This document shows positions 1 to 11,554 of a stretch of 64,000 bases of DNA, piece by piece. The DNA comes from Octopus sinensis. Its lineage: Eukaryota. The position numbers and the translations under genes are program-made. The notes beneath the pieces were generated by a model. It did no database searches and was not told where the DNA came from. It saw nothing but the letters and a program-made list of their open reading frames with translations. How positions within the stretch are numbered: the first letter of the stretch is position 1; each line of letters begins with the position of its first letter. The stretch covers positions 42,656,001-42,720,000 of the forward strand of contig NC_043015.1 in assembly GCF_006345805.1 (NCBI RefSeq), read 5' to 3'.

Positions 1-604
1 TAACCCTAATTTTTTTTTCTTAATCGTTAAATTAATTTAATTCCATTGCTTTAGTTTTTTTACATGCATAACAATTAAATTAATTTAACAATTAAGAAAA
101 ACAAATTTAAGGTTAGGGGGGAGGTTTAGGGTTAGTTACAGGATGTTGTCTCAGTTTTAGAGGCAGCAAATGATTTTAGCTCAAAAGAGAGCATAGGATT
201 GGTTAAAATTCGAAAAATTAAACTACGTTAAACAAACAAATTACAATTTTCTCAAGAAAGCCAAGAGAAAAAAAATGTTTTATTTTGACACATTCTACCA
301 GTATACAAAGTTTTAAAGTGTTTAGTTAACTAGAAATTGTCTGCCGTTCAAAAGGAAAAGATCCGAAATAAGAAACAAGCAAGTGTACAGTTTGGTGCCC
401 CACCTAATTTTGTGTTCTCATTACTTTTCGGGAAATGATTATATTTTAAAATGAAATTGTACATCGATATGCTTTCGTGGGTGTGGATAACGGTTATGTC
501 GATAATATTAGGATCTCAACCCCACCTTCAGGACTGTCTTTAATTTGCATAATTTTAAATGACATTTTATAGAAATTCATTTTCAAAGCTGCTAGTTATG
601 GAAT

Positions 605-820
605 TTACTTTTACTTTTATTTTTACTTGTTTCAGTCATTTGACTGCGGCCATGCTGGAGCACCGCCTTTAGTCGAGCAAATCAACCCCGGGACTTATTC
701 TTTGTAAGCCCAATACTTATTCTATCGGTCTCTTTTTGCCGAACCGCTAAGTGACGGGGACGTAAACACACCAGCATCGGTTGTCAAGCAATGCTTAGGG
801 GGACAAACACAGACACACAA

Positions 821-853
<33 letters not shown>

Positions 854-989
854 CATGTATACGACAGGCTTCTTTCAGTTTCCGTCTACCAAATCCACTC
901 ACAAGGCATTGGTCGGCCCGGGGCTATAGCAGAAGGCACTTGCCCAAGATGCCGCGCAGTGGGACTGAACCCGGAACCATGTGGTTGGT
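605..989 (-). mobile_element. SINE family A (tRNA head, CORE-like block, internal (TA)n/(TG)n), 5'-truncated
   Basis: Near-identical to at least 8 other copies in the window. The first part of the tRNA head is missing. Confidence 0.85.
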
Positions 990-1137
990 TAATATTTCAA
1001 ATATATAGATCCGAAAAAGTACTTCAAAAATGCTAAAATCGCGGAAATTGATGGTGACAGAGTCAGTGGAAAGGAGAAAATGATCTGAAATTCTCGACCC
1101 TATGAAAATGTTTGAAAAAGAAAATTTTTTTGGCAAA

Positions 1138-1716
1138 GTTTCGTTTGTCGTAGCACACGTTTCCGTCGATTCCGTAAAAACTTTTATTTTTTTACATATG
1201 GCTTTGCGGGAATATTTGAAGTAATGAGAGCGAAAGAGACTAAGAGGAAGCGATTTTATGACGAGGGAATTTCTTTTGAAGTCCCCGTGTGTGTGTTTGA
1301 TGGGGTGTGGGAGACAGACAGTATGTTGTGTAAGTGAAGTGCTTCTGTTAGTGTGTGCGAAGAGACAGAGAGAGTAATGTGTGAAAGAGAGAGATAACTG
1401 AAATTTTTTACTCGGTGTATGTGTATATGTATGTGTGTGTGTGTATGTATCTATGTATGTGTGTGTGTATGTATGTGTGTGTGTGTGTAAGTATGTGTGT
1501 GTGTATGTATGTATGGCCGATTCAGTGTATATGTATGTCTGCATGTATGTGTGTGTGTGTATGTATCTATGTATGTGTGTGTGTGTATGTATGTGTGTGT
1601 GTATGTATGTGTGTATGTATGTATGTATGTATGGCCGATTCAGTGTTTACATTTTTTACGGAAATCGACAATCGACGGAGGAAATCGACGGAAACGTGTG
1701 CTACGACAAACGAAAC
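1138..1716. repeat. Perfect 34-bp inverted repeat enclosing a (TGTA/TG)n microsatellite
   Basis: GTTTCGTTTGTCGTAGCACACGTTTCCGTCGATT at 1138-1171 is the exact reverse complement of 1683-1716. Confidence 0.85.
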
Positions 1717-2098
1717 ATCGCCTTTTTTTTTTTTAAATGCCCATTTTAATAAGTTATGGAAAAACAAAGTCAAATGGGTTGGTGGGGCACTAAACTGTAG
1801 TTATGCCTAAATATCAAACCTACTCACCACCGAGCTTTTTCGCGGCTATTTGAGCGGCATTCAGCTTTATGCCCGACATTCGCAAAATATTTCTGAAAAT
1901 TCCTAAAAAATAAAAAGTTATGCCGTACTTAAAACAGAATTCCTCCCTCATATGACTTGCTAGAAACAACTCAAACTATCTTAATAATAAAGAAAGAAAA
2001 AGAATAAAAAACGAAGGACATGTAGATCAACAACCTCTGTTATAAATAAAGACAGAACGATTATTCCTGATATACCATTAATTATAGGTTTGTATGGT

Positions 2099-2420
2099 GA
2101 GGGCGCGTGGCTTAGTGGTTAGGGCATTCGGCTCATGATCGTAAGGTTGTGAGTTCGATTCCCGGCGACGCGTTGTGTCCTTGAGCAAGACACTTTATTT
2201 CACGTTGCTCCAGTCCACTCAGCTGGCAAAAATGAGTTGTACTTGTATTTCAAAGGGTCAGCCTTGTCACTCTCTGTGTCACGCTGATTATCCCCGAGAA
2301 CTATGGTAAGGGTACACGTGTCTGTGGAATGCTCAGCCATTTGCACGTTAATTTCACGAGCAAGCTGTTCCGTTGATCGTATCAGCTGGGACCCTCGTCG
2401 TCGTAACCGGCGGAGTCTAA
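2099..2420 (+). mobile_element. CORE-type tRNA SINE (family E head) with family-D 3' tail
   Basis: GTGGCTTAGTGGTTAGGG...GTTCGATTCC head, then GTGTCCTTGAGCAAGACACTT CORE-like block, then the D tail ending GTAACCGGCGGAGT. Confidence 0.8.
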
Positions 2421-4571
2421 GAAAGGTTTGTGTGATCAGGGCTCATTTAGGGCTGCGATTGCACTGTAAACCTGCCAAAATTGGATCAGTGCCTAGTAAT
2501 AAAAATATCTAGTCAGTACCCCCCAACAAAGTGGAATACTTTTTGCATTCTTTTTTTTACCTTAACAGAAAATAGCCGTCTTCCTTTTAACTAAAAGGAC
2601 AGGTGCCAAAATCGATATTCTGTTATCTCTTAATCATTTCGCCAACAGATTTTTCTCGTCATAAATATAAAAGAGAAAGGAAAGAACACGAAAAAAATCA
2701 AAAATCAAAGTCAACCCCTTTTGATTAGCTTTAAGACTTATGTATAAGAGTGGTGCCTATATCCTGAGACAGAATTTATAATCTAAATCCTGCTGTTTAT
2801 ACACGTTTGTTTCAGTGAATGAATAATACATAGGCATGCATATGTATATCTCATTCAATGACGCACATCACAGAACGAGCCATAATCTCCCGCCGAGCCC
2901 ATTAGTAAGAACGAACAGGTTTGCTGTCTCGCTTCATGACATTTCACTTCGTCTTCACCTGTGACATGTTAAGGAAAGCATGAAAAATCACGATATCGCA
3001 GCTAGAGTCTTATAAAAAATTTAAAAAGAAATGGGGACCATTGATCACCACAATAATAATAATAATAATGTACCTTTCCACCACAGGTACAAGGTCTGAA
3101 ATTATGAAGAGAGGTTGTTAAGGTGATTATATCGACTCCAGTGCCCGACTGGTGCTTATTTTATCGACACCAAAAAGGACGAAAGGCAAAGTCGACCTCG
3201 GCCGGAATTCGAACTCAGAACATAAAAACGTACGAAATGCCGCTAAGCATTTTGCCCGGCGTGCTAACGATTCTGCCAGTTCCCCGCCTCGGTGGAACGA
3301 AAAATAAGGGGTTCTAATTTTGGTTTCTATTTCAAGGCACAAGGCCAGTAATAATAAAAACAAACATACAAATAATTATATATTTTCTATGAGGTGCTCT
3401 CTATATACTGACCTCCTGGAAGGCACTTAAATTATTAAGGTTTTAAAGTTTGCGATAGGGTTTACTCAAAAGTAGTTGATAAAAGGAATCGAAATACAAA
3501 AACAAAATACCTCAGGGAGTTTATTTTCTTTTTACCCTCCTCTTTTTAATAAAAGGCATTTAAGTAGCTAAGGTAGCAACCAGTACTTTGTTGACGGTTT
3601 TAGTTGCTAATGGTAACAGAAACAGGTTACCTGCCCTTAGTAAGAAGCTCTGAATTAAAATTGATTACGATTTAATTGATTGCTCCATTTCTGAAATTCG
3701 TGGGCCCTGTTCCTGTGTCGAGAAGCATATCGGGGTTTGGCTTCAGAAATGTTGGTGGACGGTTGAAAAAGAACAGAAAATAACAGACAAATAACTCTGT
3801 GCTATTTAATCATGCTTGTTTACATTCTATAGAACATCGACTCGGCCCCCTACGACTCGTCGAGTTCCTCCTGCCATCAACCTTTCTGTGTCTCGTCATC
3901 ATCATCATCTTCATCATGGTCAATCCCTGGATATCCTACCTCGGGTCCTAGGACACATGGCACCGATTATCAGGTTTCCATGGCATATAAATGACCAAGA
4001 TCACAACACTCCCCCTAAACGTGAAGCCATTGCGCCGCGAGCTTAACTCATTTACAGGCGAGTGAACCGAAGCAACGCGAAACGAAGCGTTTTATTCAAT
4101 AATACAACACGCCGCCCGGTCCGGAAATCGAAGCCACGAACGAGCGATCGTGAATACCAAACTTTAACCACCAGTCCATGTGCCTCGGCTTTTATTTATT
4201 ATTTATGCGCCCTTTTCAAGCCTAGTCAGGCTCATGGACTCGGTTTCCCGGTTTCTGTGGCGTATGTGTTTCCCCCAGCTGGACGGGACGCCAGTCCATC
4301 GCAGCGTTACTCAAGAAACAGGAAGAGAGAGTGAGAGAGAAAGTTGTGGCGAAAGGGTACAACAGGGGTAACCTGTTGTGGAGCTTTTAGGCATTTTCGC
4401 TCAATAAACACATACAACGCCCGGTCTGGGAATCGAAACCGCGATCCTCTGACCGCGAGTTCGCTGCCCTAACCACTGGGCCACCACTTTTTTTTTTTAA
4501 TTTTAAAATGATCTAAATTAGAACATTCCATCAAAATTTCCTGTTAATTTATGTTCCAAACACCAGCTTAA

Positions 4572-4792
4572 CCCTTTTGTTACCATATTTCTGTTGAGAT
4601 GCTCTGTGTTTCTTTCAATTAATTTGGAATATAACAAAGAATTCAGTAAAATAACTTAGTTACCATTAAGCTAGTGTTAGGAACATAAATTGTGACTAAG
4701 GTTTGGTGGAGGATTTTAATGCAGAATTTTTGAAAATAAGACATTTGTACTACAGAACCAGTGGTGCTTTCAGCCAGGTTGGTATAAAAGGG
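4572..4792. mobile_element. piggyBac-type MITE copy 1
   Basis: TTAA|CCCTTTTGTTACC...GGTATAAAAGGG|TTAA. Confidence 0.8.
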
Positions 4793-4816
4793 TTAAAAAT
4801 ATCATGGTGACTTTAA

Positions 4817-5038
4817 CCCTTTTGTTACCATATTTCTGTTGAGATGCTCTGTGTTTCTTTCAATTAATTTGAAATATAACAAAGAATTCAGTAAAATAAC
4901 TTAGTTATCATTCAGCTAGTGTCAGGAACATAAATTGTGACTAAGGTTTGGAGGAAGATTTTAATGCAGAATTTTTGAAAATAAGACATTTATACTACAG
5001 AGCTGGAGGCGGTTTCAGGCAGGTTAGTATCAAAAGGG
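4817..5038. mobile_element. piggyBac-type MITE copy 2
   Basis: TTAA|CCCTTTTGTTAC...GTATCAAAAGGG|TTAA. Highly similar to copy 1. An older relative lies at about 57182-57335. Confidence 0.8.
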
Positions 5039-5798
5039 TTAAGAATGACAGAAGATATTAGAAACTGTCATTTCTTCATTATGTCTTCATACACCACATG
5101 TTGGAGAGAGGACTCCACTGCCCCGAGCTACTTGACAATGGTTCATTTTGACCAATTGGGATATTGAGATTGTTATCAATGATGTCTTGGATAAATTCAG
5201 CCATCCTGAGAACATCTGACCACTGAGAGCATTTCTTTCTTTTAAACCTGGATCACACATCGTCCCCTAAAGCCACCTCTTTCTCAACGTTCAACACGAA
5301 TGTTCATAACTAAATCAATGGCAAAGCTAGGGTGTGTGCTGCCTGGTGCAGCTCCTGAGTTTACCTGCCACCTCACACTGTCTTTCCATGCCTATATACA
5401 GGCTCATACAGCAGACCCCGAAATGCCGCCCCCTACAAAAGCGTCACCCAGGGCAGACCATCCTTCACACCTGCAACCCCACCCAGCTACACTACTGCTT
5501 TAAACGAGTAACTGGCAGGTGCTAATACTGCCCTTCATCCCTCCAGCCATCACTATAGAAACGACCAAATCAATAGCATACGTGATTAGATGCTACATTT
5601 AGGTGGATTGCACCTTGCTTTTGCAAATTGCTTTGGGGGTGCCTTCATATTTCAATAGGTCAAAGGTGAGAGATTCAAGGGTGCCTAAATCTCTTTGTTA
5701 CTACAAACACACACACACACCTAAAACAATCAGCATAAGAAATCCACCAAAGGGCAATCTACCAAGCCATGCCCACCCATGAGTAATGACCAACCGTA

Positions 5799-6185
5799 GG
5801 AGCAGGAGCACTCCATCGGTTGCGACGATGAGGGTCCCAGCTGATACGATCAACGGAACAGCTTGCTCATGATATTAACGTGCAAGTGGCCGAGCACTCC
5901 ACAGGCACGTGTACACTTAACGTAGTTCTCGAGGAGATTCAGCGTGACACAGATTGTGACAAGGCTGGCCCTTTGAAATACAGTTACAAGAGAAACAGGA
6001 AGAAAGAGCGAGAGAAAGTTGTGGTGAAAGAGTACAGCAGGGATCACCACCATCCCCTGCCGGAGCCTCGTGGAGCTTTAGGTGTTGTCGCTCAATAAAC
6101 ACTCACAACGCCCGGTCTGGGAATCGAAACCGCGATCCTCCGACCGCGAGTCCGCTGCCCTAACCACTGGGCCATTGCGCCTCCA
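5799..6185 (-). mobile_element. SINE family D (tRNA head GGAGGCGCAATGGCCCAGTGG) with 14-bp TSD
   Basis: AATGACCAAC(C/T)GTA at 5785-5798 and 6186-6199. A partial sister copy lies at about 4320-4482. Confidence 0.88.
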
Positions 6186-6524
6186 AATGACCAACTGTAC
6201 TCTACTCTGCTGAACCATGATAAAATCTTAAATACATGTGTAACTATTTATAGCCAAATGTGAACGGAATGATTGCACCTAATCCTCTATAGTATCGATC
6301 TGGTCATTTCTAGAATGCTATTAATTTTAAGTATCTGCAATCATTAAGTTTTAATTAGTGTTTCAAACCAATTTGAACATTTTATATGGATTCACAGTTA
6401 CAATTTTTTTTTTTTTAAAGATAGCGTTTTTGTTTTTCTGTCTCAGTTTTACATCAGTTTTCCTGTAGAATATAAAATGTTTGATTCCTCAATTATGGAA
6501 ATGTTCAGTAACAGTATGTGAGTG

Positions 6525-6698
6525 TGTGTGTGTGTGTATCTATCCACCTATATATCTCTCATTCTCTACCTACCTACCGAACTACCTGCCTGCCTCTTTC
6601 TCCCTTTCTATCTACCTGTCTATCTATCTATCTATCTGTCTGTCTGTCTGTCTGTCCGTCCGTCCGTCAGTCCGCCTGTCTGTCTGTCTGTCTATCTG

Positions 6699-6765
<67 letters not shown>

Positions 6766-7022
6766 GTCTAGCTATCCACCTATCTATCAATCTATCTGTC
6801 TGTCTGTCTGACTGACTGATTGTCTGTCTGTCTGACTGTCTGTCTGTCTGTCTGTCTAGTTATCCACCTTTCTATCTATCTATCTGTCTGTTTGTCTGTT
6901 TGCTGTCTGTCTGCCTGCCTGCTGCCTGCCTGTCCGTCCGTCCGTCCGTCCGTCCGTCCGTCCGTCCGTCCTTCCATCCATCTGTCCGTCCATCTGTCCG
7001 TTTGTCCATCTATCCATCCATC
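6525..7022. repeat. Compound tetranucleotide microsatellite (TCTA/TCTG/TCCG/TCCA)
   Basis: Direct reading. Confidence 0.95.
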
Positions 7023-7258
7023 TGTTGATAAGTGCCCTGCATAAGAACCTCAGACCTTGAGTCACTTTTGAAATTTTCTACTCATTAATAATAAAAAAAG
7101 TACATCTATCATCCTCCTCTTCATCATTATTTTGACTTCTGTTTTTCTATGCCTGCATGGATCGGATGGTTTTTGCTGAGACAGACTTTATATGACTAGA
7201 TGTAATACCTGTCACCAATCCTTATTTGTTTCTGAACAAGGTAATATTTCCCCAAGAT

Positions 7259-7750
7259 GGTGGCGAGCTGGCAGAAACGTTAGCACGCCAGGCGAAATGC
7301 TTGACAGTATTTCGTCTGCCTTTACGTTCTGAGTTCAAATTCTGCCGAGGCTGACTTTGCCTTCCATCCTTTCGGGGTCGATTAAATAAGCACCAGTTAC
7401 GCACTGGGGTCGATATAATCGACTTAATTTGTTTGTCCTCTCTGTGTTAGCCCCTTGTGGGTAGTAAAGAAATAGGTATTTTGTTTGTCTTTACGTTCTG
7501 AGTTCAAATTCCGACGAGGTCGACTTTGCCTTTCATCCTTTCGGGCTCGATTAATTAAGTACCAGTTACACACTGGAGTCGATATAATCGACTTAATCTG
7601 TTTGTCTGTCCTTGTTTGTCCCCTCTGTGTGTAGCCCCTTATGGGCAATAAAGAGATAGGTATTTCGTCTGTCTTTACGTTCTGAGTTCAAATTCCGCCA
7701 ATGTCGATTTGCTTTTCATCCTTTTAGGGTCGATAAATTAAGTACCAGTG
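7259..7750 (+). mobile_element. SINE family B: tRNA-like head + three tandem ~184-bp body units (last incomplete)
   Basis: Head GGTGGCGAGCTGGCAGAAACGTTAG. Unit junctions ATAGGTATTT at about 7474 and 7658. Confidence 0.88.
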
Positions 7751-8298
7751 TGTGTGTGTGTGTAAATCCAAAAGCATGCGAAGTAAAGTTTGTGTTTGTG
7801 TCCTCTTCATTGTTTAGTAGTAAATACAGAGAGAGATAGAGTGATGTTGTATGAGAACAGAATTAGAGCTAGTGAGAGTTGTATGGTGTGGGACATTGTC
7901 TCACAGTTGCTGACAGTAAACTTCATTTCTCCCTCTGACCAAGGTTCTAGCTGGTCAGCCAGACTTTGTTTTCACTGAGTCGTCACCGACTGGTGACTAA
8001 CTGATTTTTGCTTGGGGTGTGCTTTCTTATATAACTATCCAGAAGGATAGATATATCATTGGGAACAATAGATTTAGTTGTTGGTCTTGTTATCACTATT
8101 CTAGCTTTTGGTGAAGTAGAAGAGGTTAAAAAGGGTCAAGTGGTGAAGACATTATTTCGGCCTAGTTAAAGGCATCCGGAAAATGTAAAACTGCTGTCAG
8201 AGAAAAACCATTGTTCCATCGTGGGAAAAGTTCTGTAGCAGTGTTAATTTAAATTTGGCTGTGGTGAATCGAATCCACTTCATGCATGCAAGATCCAC

Positions 8299-8391
8299 CA
8301 CAGAGGCATCAAATTGCTGGACCAGGTGATGAAAGTTGAGGAGAAAGTTATAACCCAATTAATTAGAAACAGAATTAGACAGGATGAAATG
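8299..8391 (+). pseudogene. RTE reverse-transcriptase fragment (HRGIKLLDQVMKVEEKVITQLIRNRIRQDEM)
   Basis: Matches the YRGIKLL...MK..ERV RT domain-1 region of RTE LINEs. Confidence 0.65.
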
Positions 8392-8468
8392 AAGTGCTTG
8401 GCTCAAGAACACAACACAATGCCTGGCCTTAACCACTAAGTCATGTGCCTTCACATAATGTGCATAAT

Positions 8469-8507
<39 letters not shown>

Positions 8508-8529
8508 GGGGGGCCTGGGACCCCCTTCG

Positions 8530-8856
8530 GTCATGACACTGACCATGGGCTTGCACCTTGAAAGTTACCCTCCTAGTCACAAGTCTGGGCAAGGTGGTTT
8601 TATGGAAGACCAGCAGTCGCCCATGCATACCAGCCTCCCCTCTCCACACCACTGATGCTATCCAAGGGAAAAGCAAAAGGGCCGATACAGCTTGGCACCT
8701 GTGACGTCGCAACTCATTTATACAGCTGAATGAACTGGAGCAACATGAAATAAAGTGCCTTGCTCAAGAACACAACACGCAGCCCGGTCCGGGATTTGAG
8801 CTCACAACCTCACGATCGTAAGCTCGACGTTCTAACCACTGAGCCATGCACCTTCA
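8530..8856 (-). mobile_element. CORE-type SINE family E
   Basis: Sister copies at about 17715-18040(+) and 19433-19735(-). An older one lies at about 4040-4190(-). Confidence 0.8.
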
Positions 8857-8864
8857 CACACACA

Positions 8865-8895
<31 letters not shown>

Positions 8896-9332
8896 TACAC
8901 ACACATATATATATATATAGTGATCTCATATCAAGATAAACAGCACATGACCTTGCAGGTGGGGCCCAGTTAGAATTTTCTTCTGGTCGAGTAAGCCATC
9001 CCTCTCAAAAGGTCCCTGAATAAGGGTTGTTTAAGGATGTTGAAAGAACCACCCATGTTTCCAGAGGTGAATTATTCAAACTCCAAAGAATCCCTCTCAA
9101 CACATGGCTATGATGCTCCCCCACTACTTCTGCTCGTGATCAGAGATGCACATATCGTCAGCCACTAAGGGACATGGTAAACTGGTTAAGGTCAAGCAAC
9201 TGACAAGCAAATCTGTGGTATTGAGCAGAATATTTGCTGTAGCCCATATTTTATACTAAGACAAAACAATGTACATGATAACACTTCCAATCAGTTAAGA
9301 TCAGAAGCCACAAGAGCAACTACCTGGTACTT

Positions 9333-9389
9333 TCATCATCATCATCGTCGTCGCCGTTGTCATCATCATCATCATTATCATTATTATTA

Positions 9390-9422
<33 letters not shown>

Positions 9423-9696
9423 GCTTATATATTTGTTTTGCAAGATTTTTGATGTGAAATCGTCTGTTGAAACAGATATTGTTGTATTTAGGAATGGTCA
9501 TTTTGCCAGTTTAGCCATTATTATTATTATCATTATTATTATTATTATTATTATCATTATCATCATCATCATTATTATTATTATTATTATTATAATTATT
9601 ATTGTTATTATTATTATTATTATTATTTTCATTATCATTATTATTATTTTCATTATTATTATTATTATCATCATTATCATTATTATTATTATTATC

Positions 9697-9728
<32 letters not shown>

Positions 9729-9772
9729 TATTACAACTACTATCATCATCATCGTCATCATCATTATTATCA
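9333..9772. repeat. Compound (CAT)n/(ATT)n trinucleotide tracts just upstream of the UBE2W promoter
   Basis: Direct reading. Two tracts: 9333-9421 and 9517-9772. Confidence 0.95.
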
Positions 9773-9789
9773 CTCTTTAAAAAATAAAA

Positions 9790-10105
9790 CTAAGGGACGT
9801 CATTCGTGACGGGAGTTGTGTCCCCTGGTTGCGTCTTATAATCTTTAAATAGCAAATAAGGCGAAGGAGCAGGGGGAGACGAAAAACCCAGAAAGCTGCT
9901 TGTGATTTTTAGTTTCGTAAGAAGGAAAACATCTGAGAGAAGGTTTCCGCAATTTACGTCCGACCTTAAAGTTTTTACAGCCCCATCGAAGAGCATAAAG
10001 CCGTGTGATATTGCCCGAGTTTCAAACAGGTTCAACTAACACCCAGATATATACGCATTTGCCGTCGTGCGTGTATCGTTTACTTTTTGGCCGTTCAAGA
10101 TGGCT
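9790..10105 (+). promoter_or_regulatory. Putative UBE2W promoter/5' UTR
   Basis: Non-repetitive, CpG-richer segment upstream of the ATG. CRE-like GACGTCA at 9796-9802. YY1-type CAAGATGGC overlaps the start codon (10096-10104). Confidence 0.55.
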
Positions 10106-10114
10106 TCGATGGAG
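10100..10114 (+). CDS. UBE2W: UBE2W exon 1 (MASME)
   Basis: ATG GCT TCG ATG GAG followed by donor GTGGGT. It matches the MASMQ N-terminus recalled for vertebrate UBE2W and joins exon 2 in phase 0. It lies in the CpG-richer island at 9790-10100. Confidence 0.85.
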
Positions 10115-11019
10115 GTGGGTATCTCTATTTTATTATTATTATTATTGTTGTTTCCCTTCCTCTCACACGGACTCAGCTGTTCTTAGTCACATCCTAAGTG
10201 GTTACCTTACAATGACATGTCTTCTCTTTTATGCCATTCGTCTTATTTTTCTTTTTATTTCGAGCCAAATGTGCCATAGTCACGGTTCGCTTCAAGCCAT
10301 GAATAACAACCCTATTGTTTTAATTTTACTTTCTCTTCGGCTAATTTATCTCGATTTTATTCCTTCCCCTCTCACTTTTCCCACCCCCTTTTTCTTATTA
10401 ACCACCCTTTCTTCCTATTCGACCATCTATTTCATTTATCTATCTCTCCATTCATTCATTAGAAACAAACAACACCTATTTTTATATTCATTTACTGTTA
10501 TGGCCATCATCATCATATTTCTGGAGTTTTCCTTATTTTCAAAGCCTCCGTTCTGCAATATGTGTACACATACACGTATGTATACACGTTATATACACAC
10601 GTACACACACATATATGACTGTATGTCAAAAATAATGGTTTCTTTCGGCGATTAACACAGTTGTTTATGAATGAACTGCAAACAGCTGTAGTAGACTGCA
10701 TTACTGGTTCATTCTGACAGACAGAATCAAAGACGAAATCAACGTCGACCAAGTTTCCTATACTAAAAACACTGACTGATGGATCGAATTAATAAAGATA
10801 AACCTATCAATTTTCCTCTTGCTCTTCCTTCGATAATTAAAACAACAGCAACAAACGAGAGACTAAAATTCATTAACCTTTTAGTTATTATGTATTTACT
10901 TTTTTTTTCTGTTTATTTAATATTATTCTAATATTTAAAAAAAATGAAGGAAGATGGTATAAACAAACAATATTGAAACGTATTATTTTTCGTCCACCGC
11001 TACTATATTATCATAAATG

Positions 11020-11554
11020 TTCTGAGTTCAAATTCCGCCGAGGTCGACTTTGCCTTTCGTCCTTTCGGGGTCGATAAAATAAGCACCAGTTACGCACTGG
11101 GGTCGATGTAATCGACTTAATCCCTTTGCCTGTCCTTGTTTGTCCCCTCTGTGTTTAGCCCCTTGCGGGTAGTAAAGAAATAGAAATAGGTATTTCGTCT
11201 GTCTTTACGTTCTGAGTTCAAATTCCGCCGAGGTCGACTTTGCCTTTCATCCTTTCGGGGGTCGATTAAATAAGTACCAGTTACGCACTGGGGTCGATGT
11301 AATCGACTTAATCCCTTTATTTGTCCCCTCTATGTTTAGCCCCTTGTGGGTAGTAAAAGAATAGAAATAGGTATTTCGTCTGTCTTTACGTTCTGAGTTC
11401 AAATTCCGCCGAGGTCGACTTTGCCCTTTATCCTTTCGGGGTCGATTAAATAAGTACCAGTTACGCACTGGGGTCGATGTAATCGACTTAATACCTATGT
11501 CTGTCCCTTGTTTGTCCTCTCTGTGTTTAGCCCCTTGTGGGTAGTAAAGAAATA
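11020..11554 (+). mobile_element. SINE family B: headless trimer flanked by a 16-bp TSD
   Basis: Three units with junctions at about 11188 and 11369. TATATTATCATAAATG occurs at 11004-11019 and 11555-11570. Confidence 0.9.

Noticed and set aside
1-135. Telomere or interstitial telomeric array
   Set aside because: Only isolated 1.5-unit TTAGGG motifs.
5060-5520. Possible old RT remnant on the minus strand (GSGVLSP resembling QGCVLSP)
   Set aside because: A single weak motif with many stops; not enough to call.
7259-7750. Regular palindrome-containing repeat arrays resembling CRISPR
   Set aside because: Units are ~184 bp, repeated in full with no unique spacers and no cas genes, in a eukaryotic context with TSDs. 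They are SINE multimers.
8925-9332. Element-like block recalled as a common octopus repeat
   Set aside because: Only one copy in this window and no TSD or TIR seen, so it cannot be classified from the sequence.
9790-10035. 81-aa minus-strand ORF, possible divergent gene
   Set aside because: No recognisable motif, and no downstream exons were found in 1-9300. It cannot be supported without RNA data.
10005-10655. 216-aa ORF over the UBE2W first exon/intron
   Set aside because: Low-complexity, T-rich intronic translation in a different frame from MASME, with no recognisable domain.
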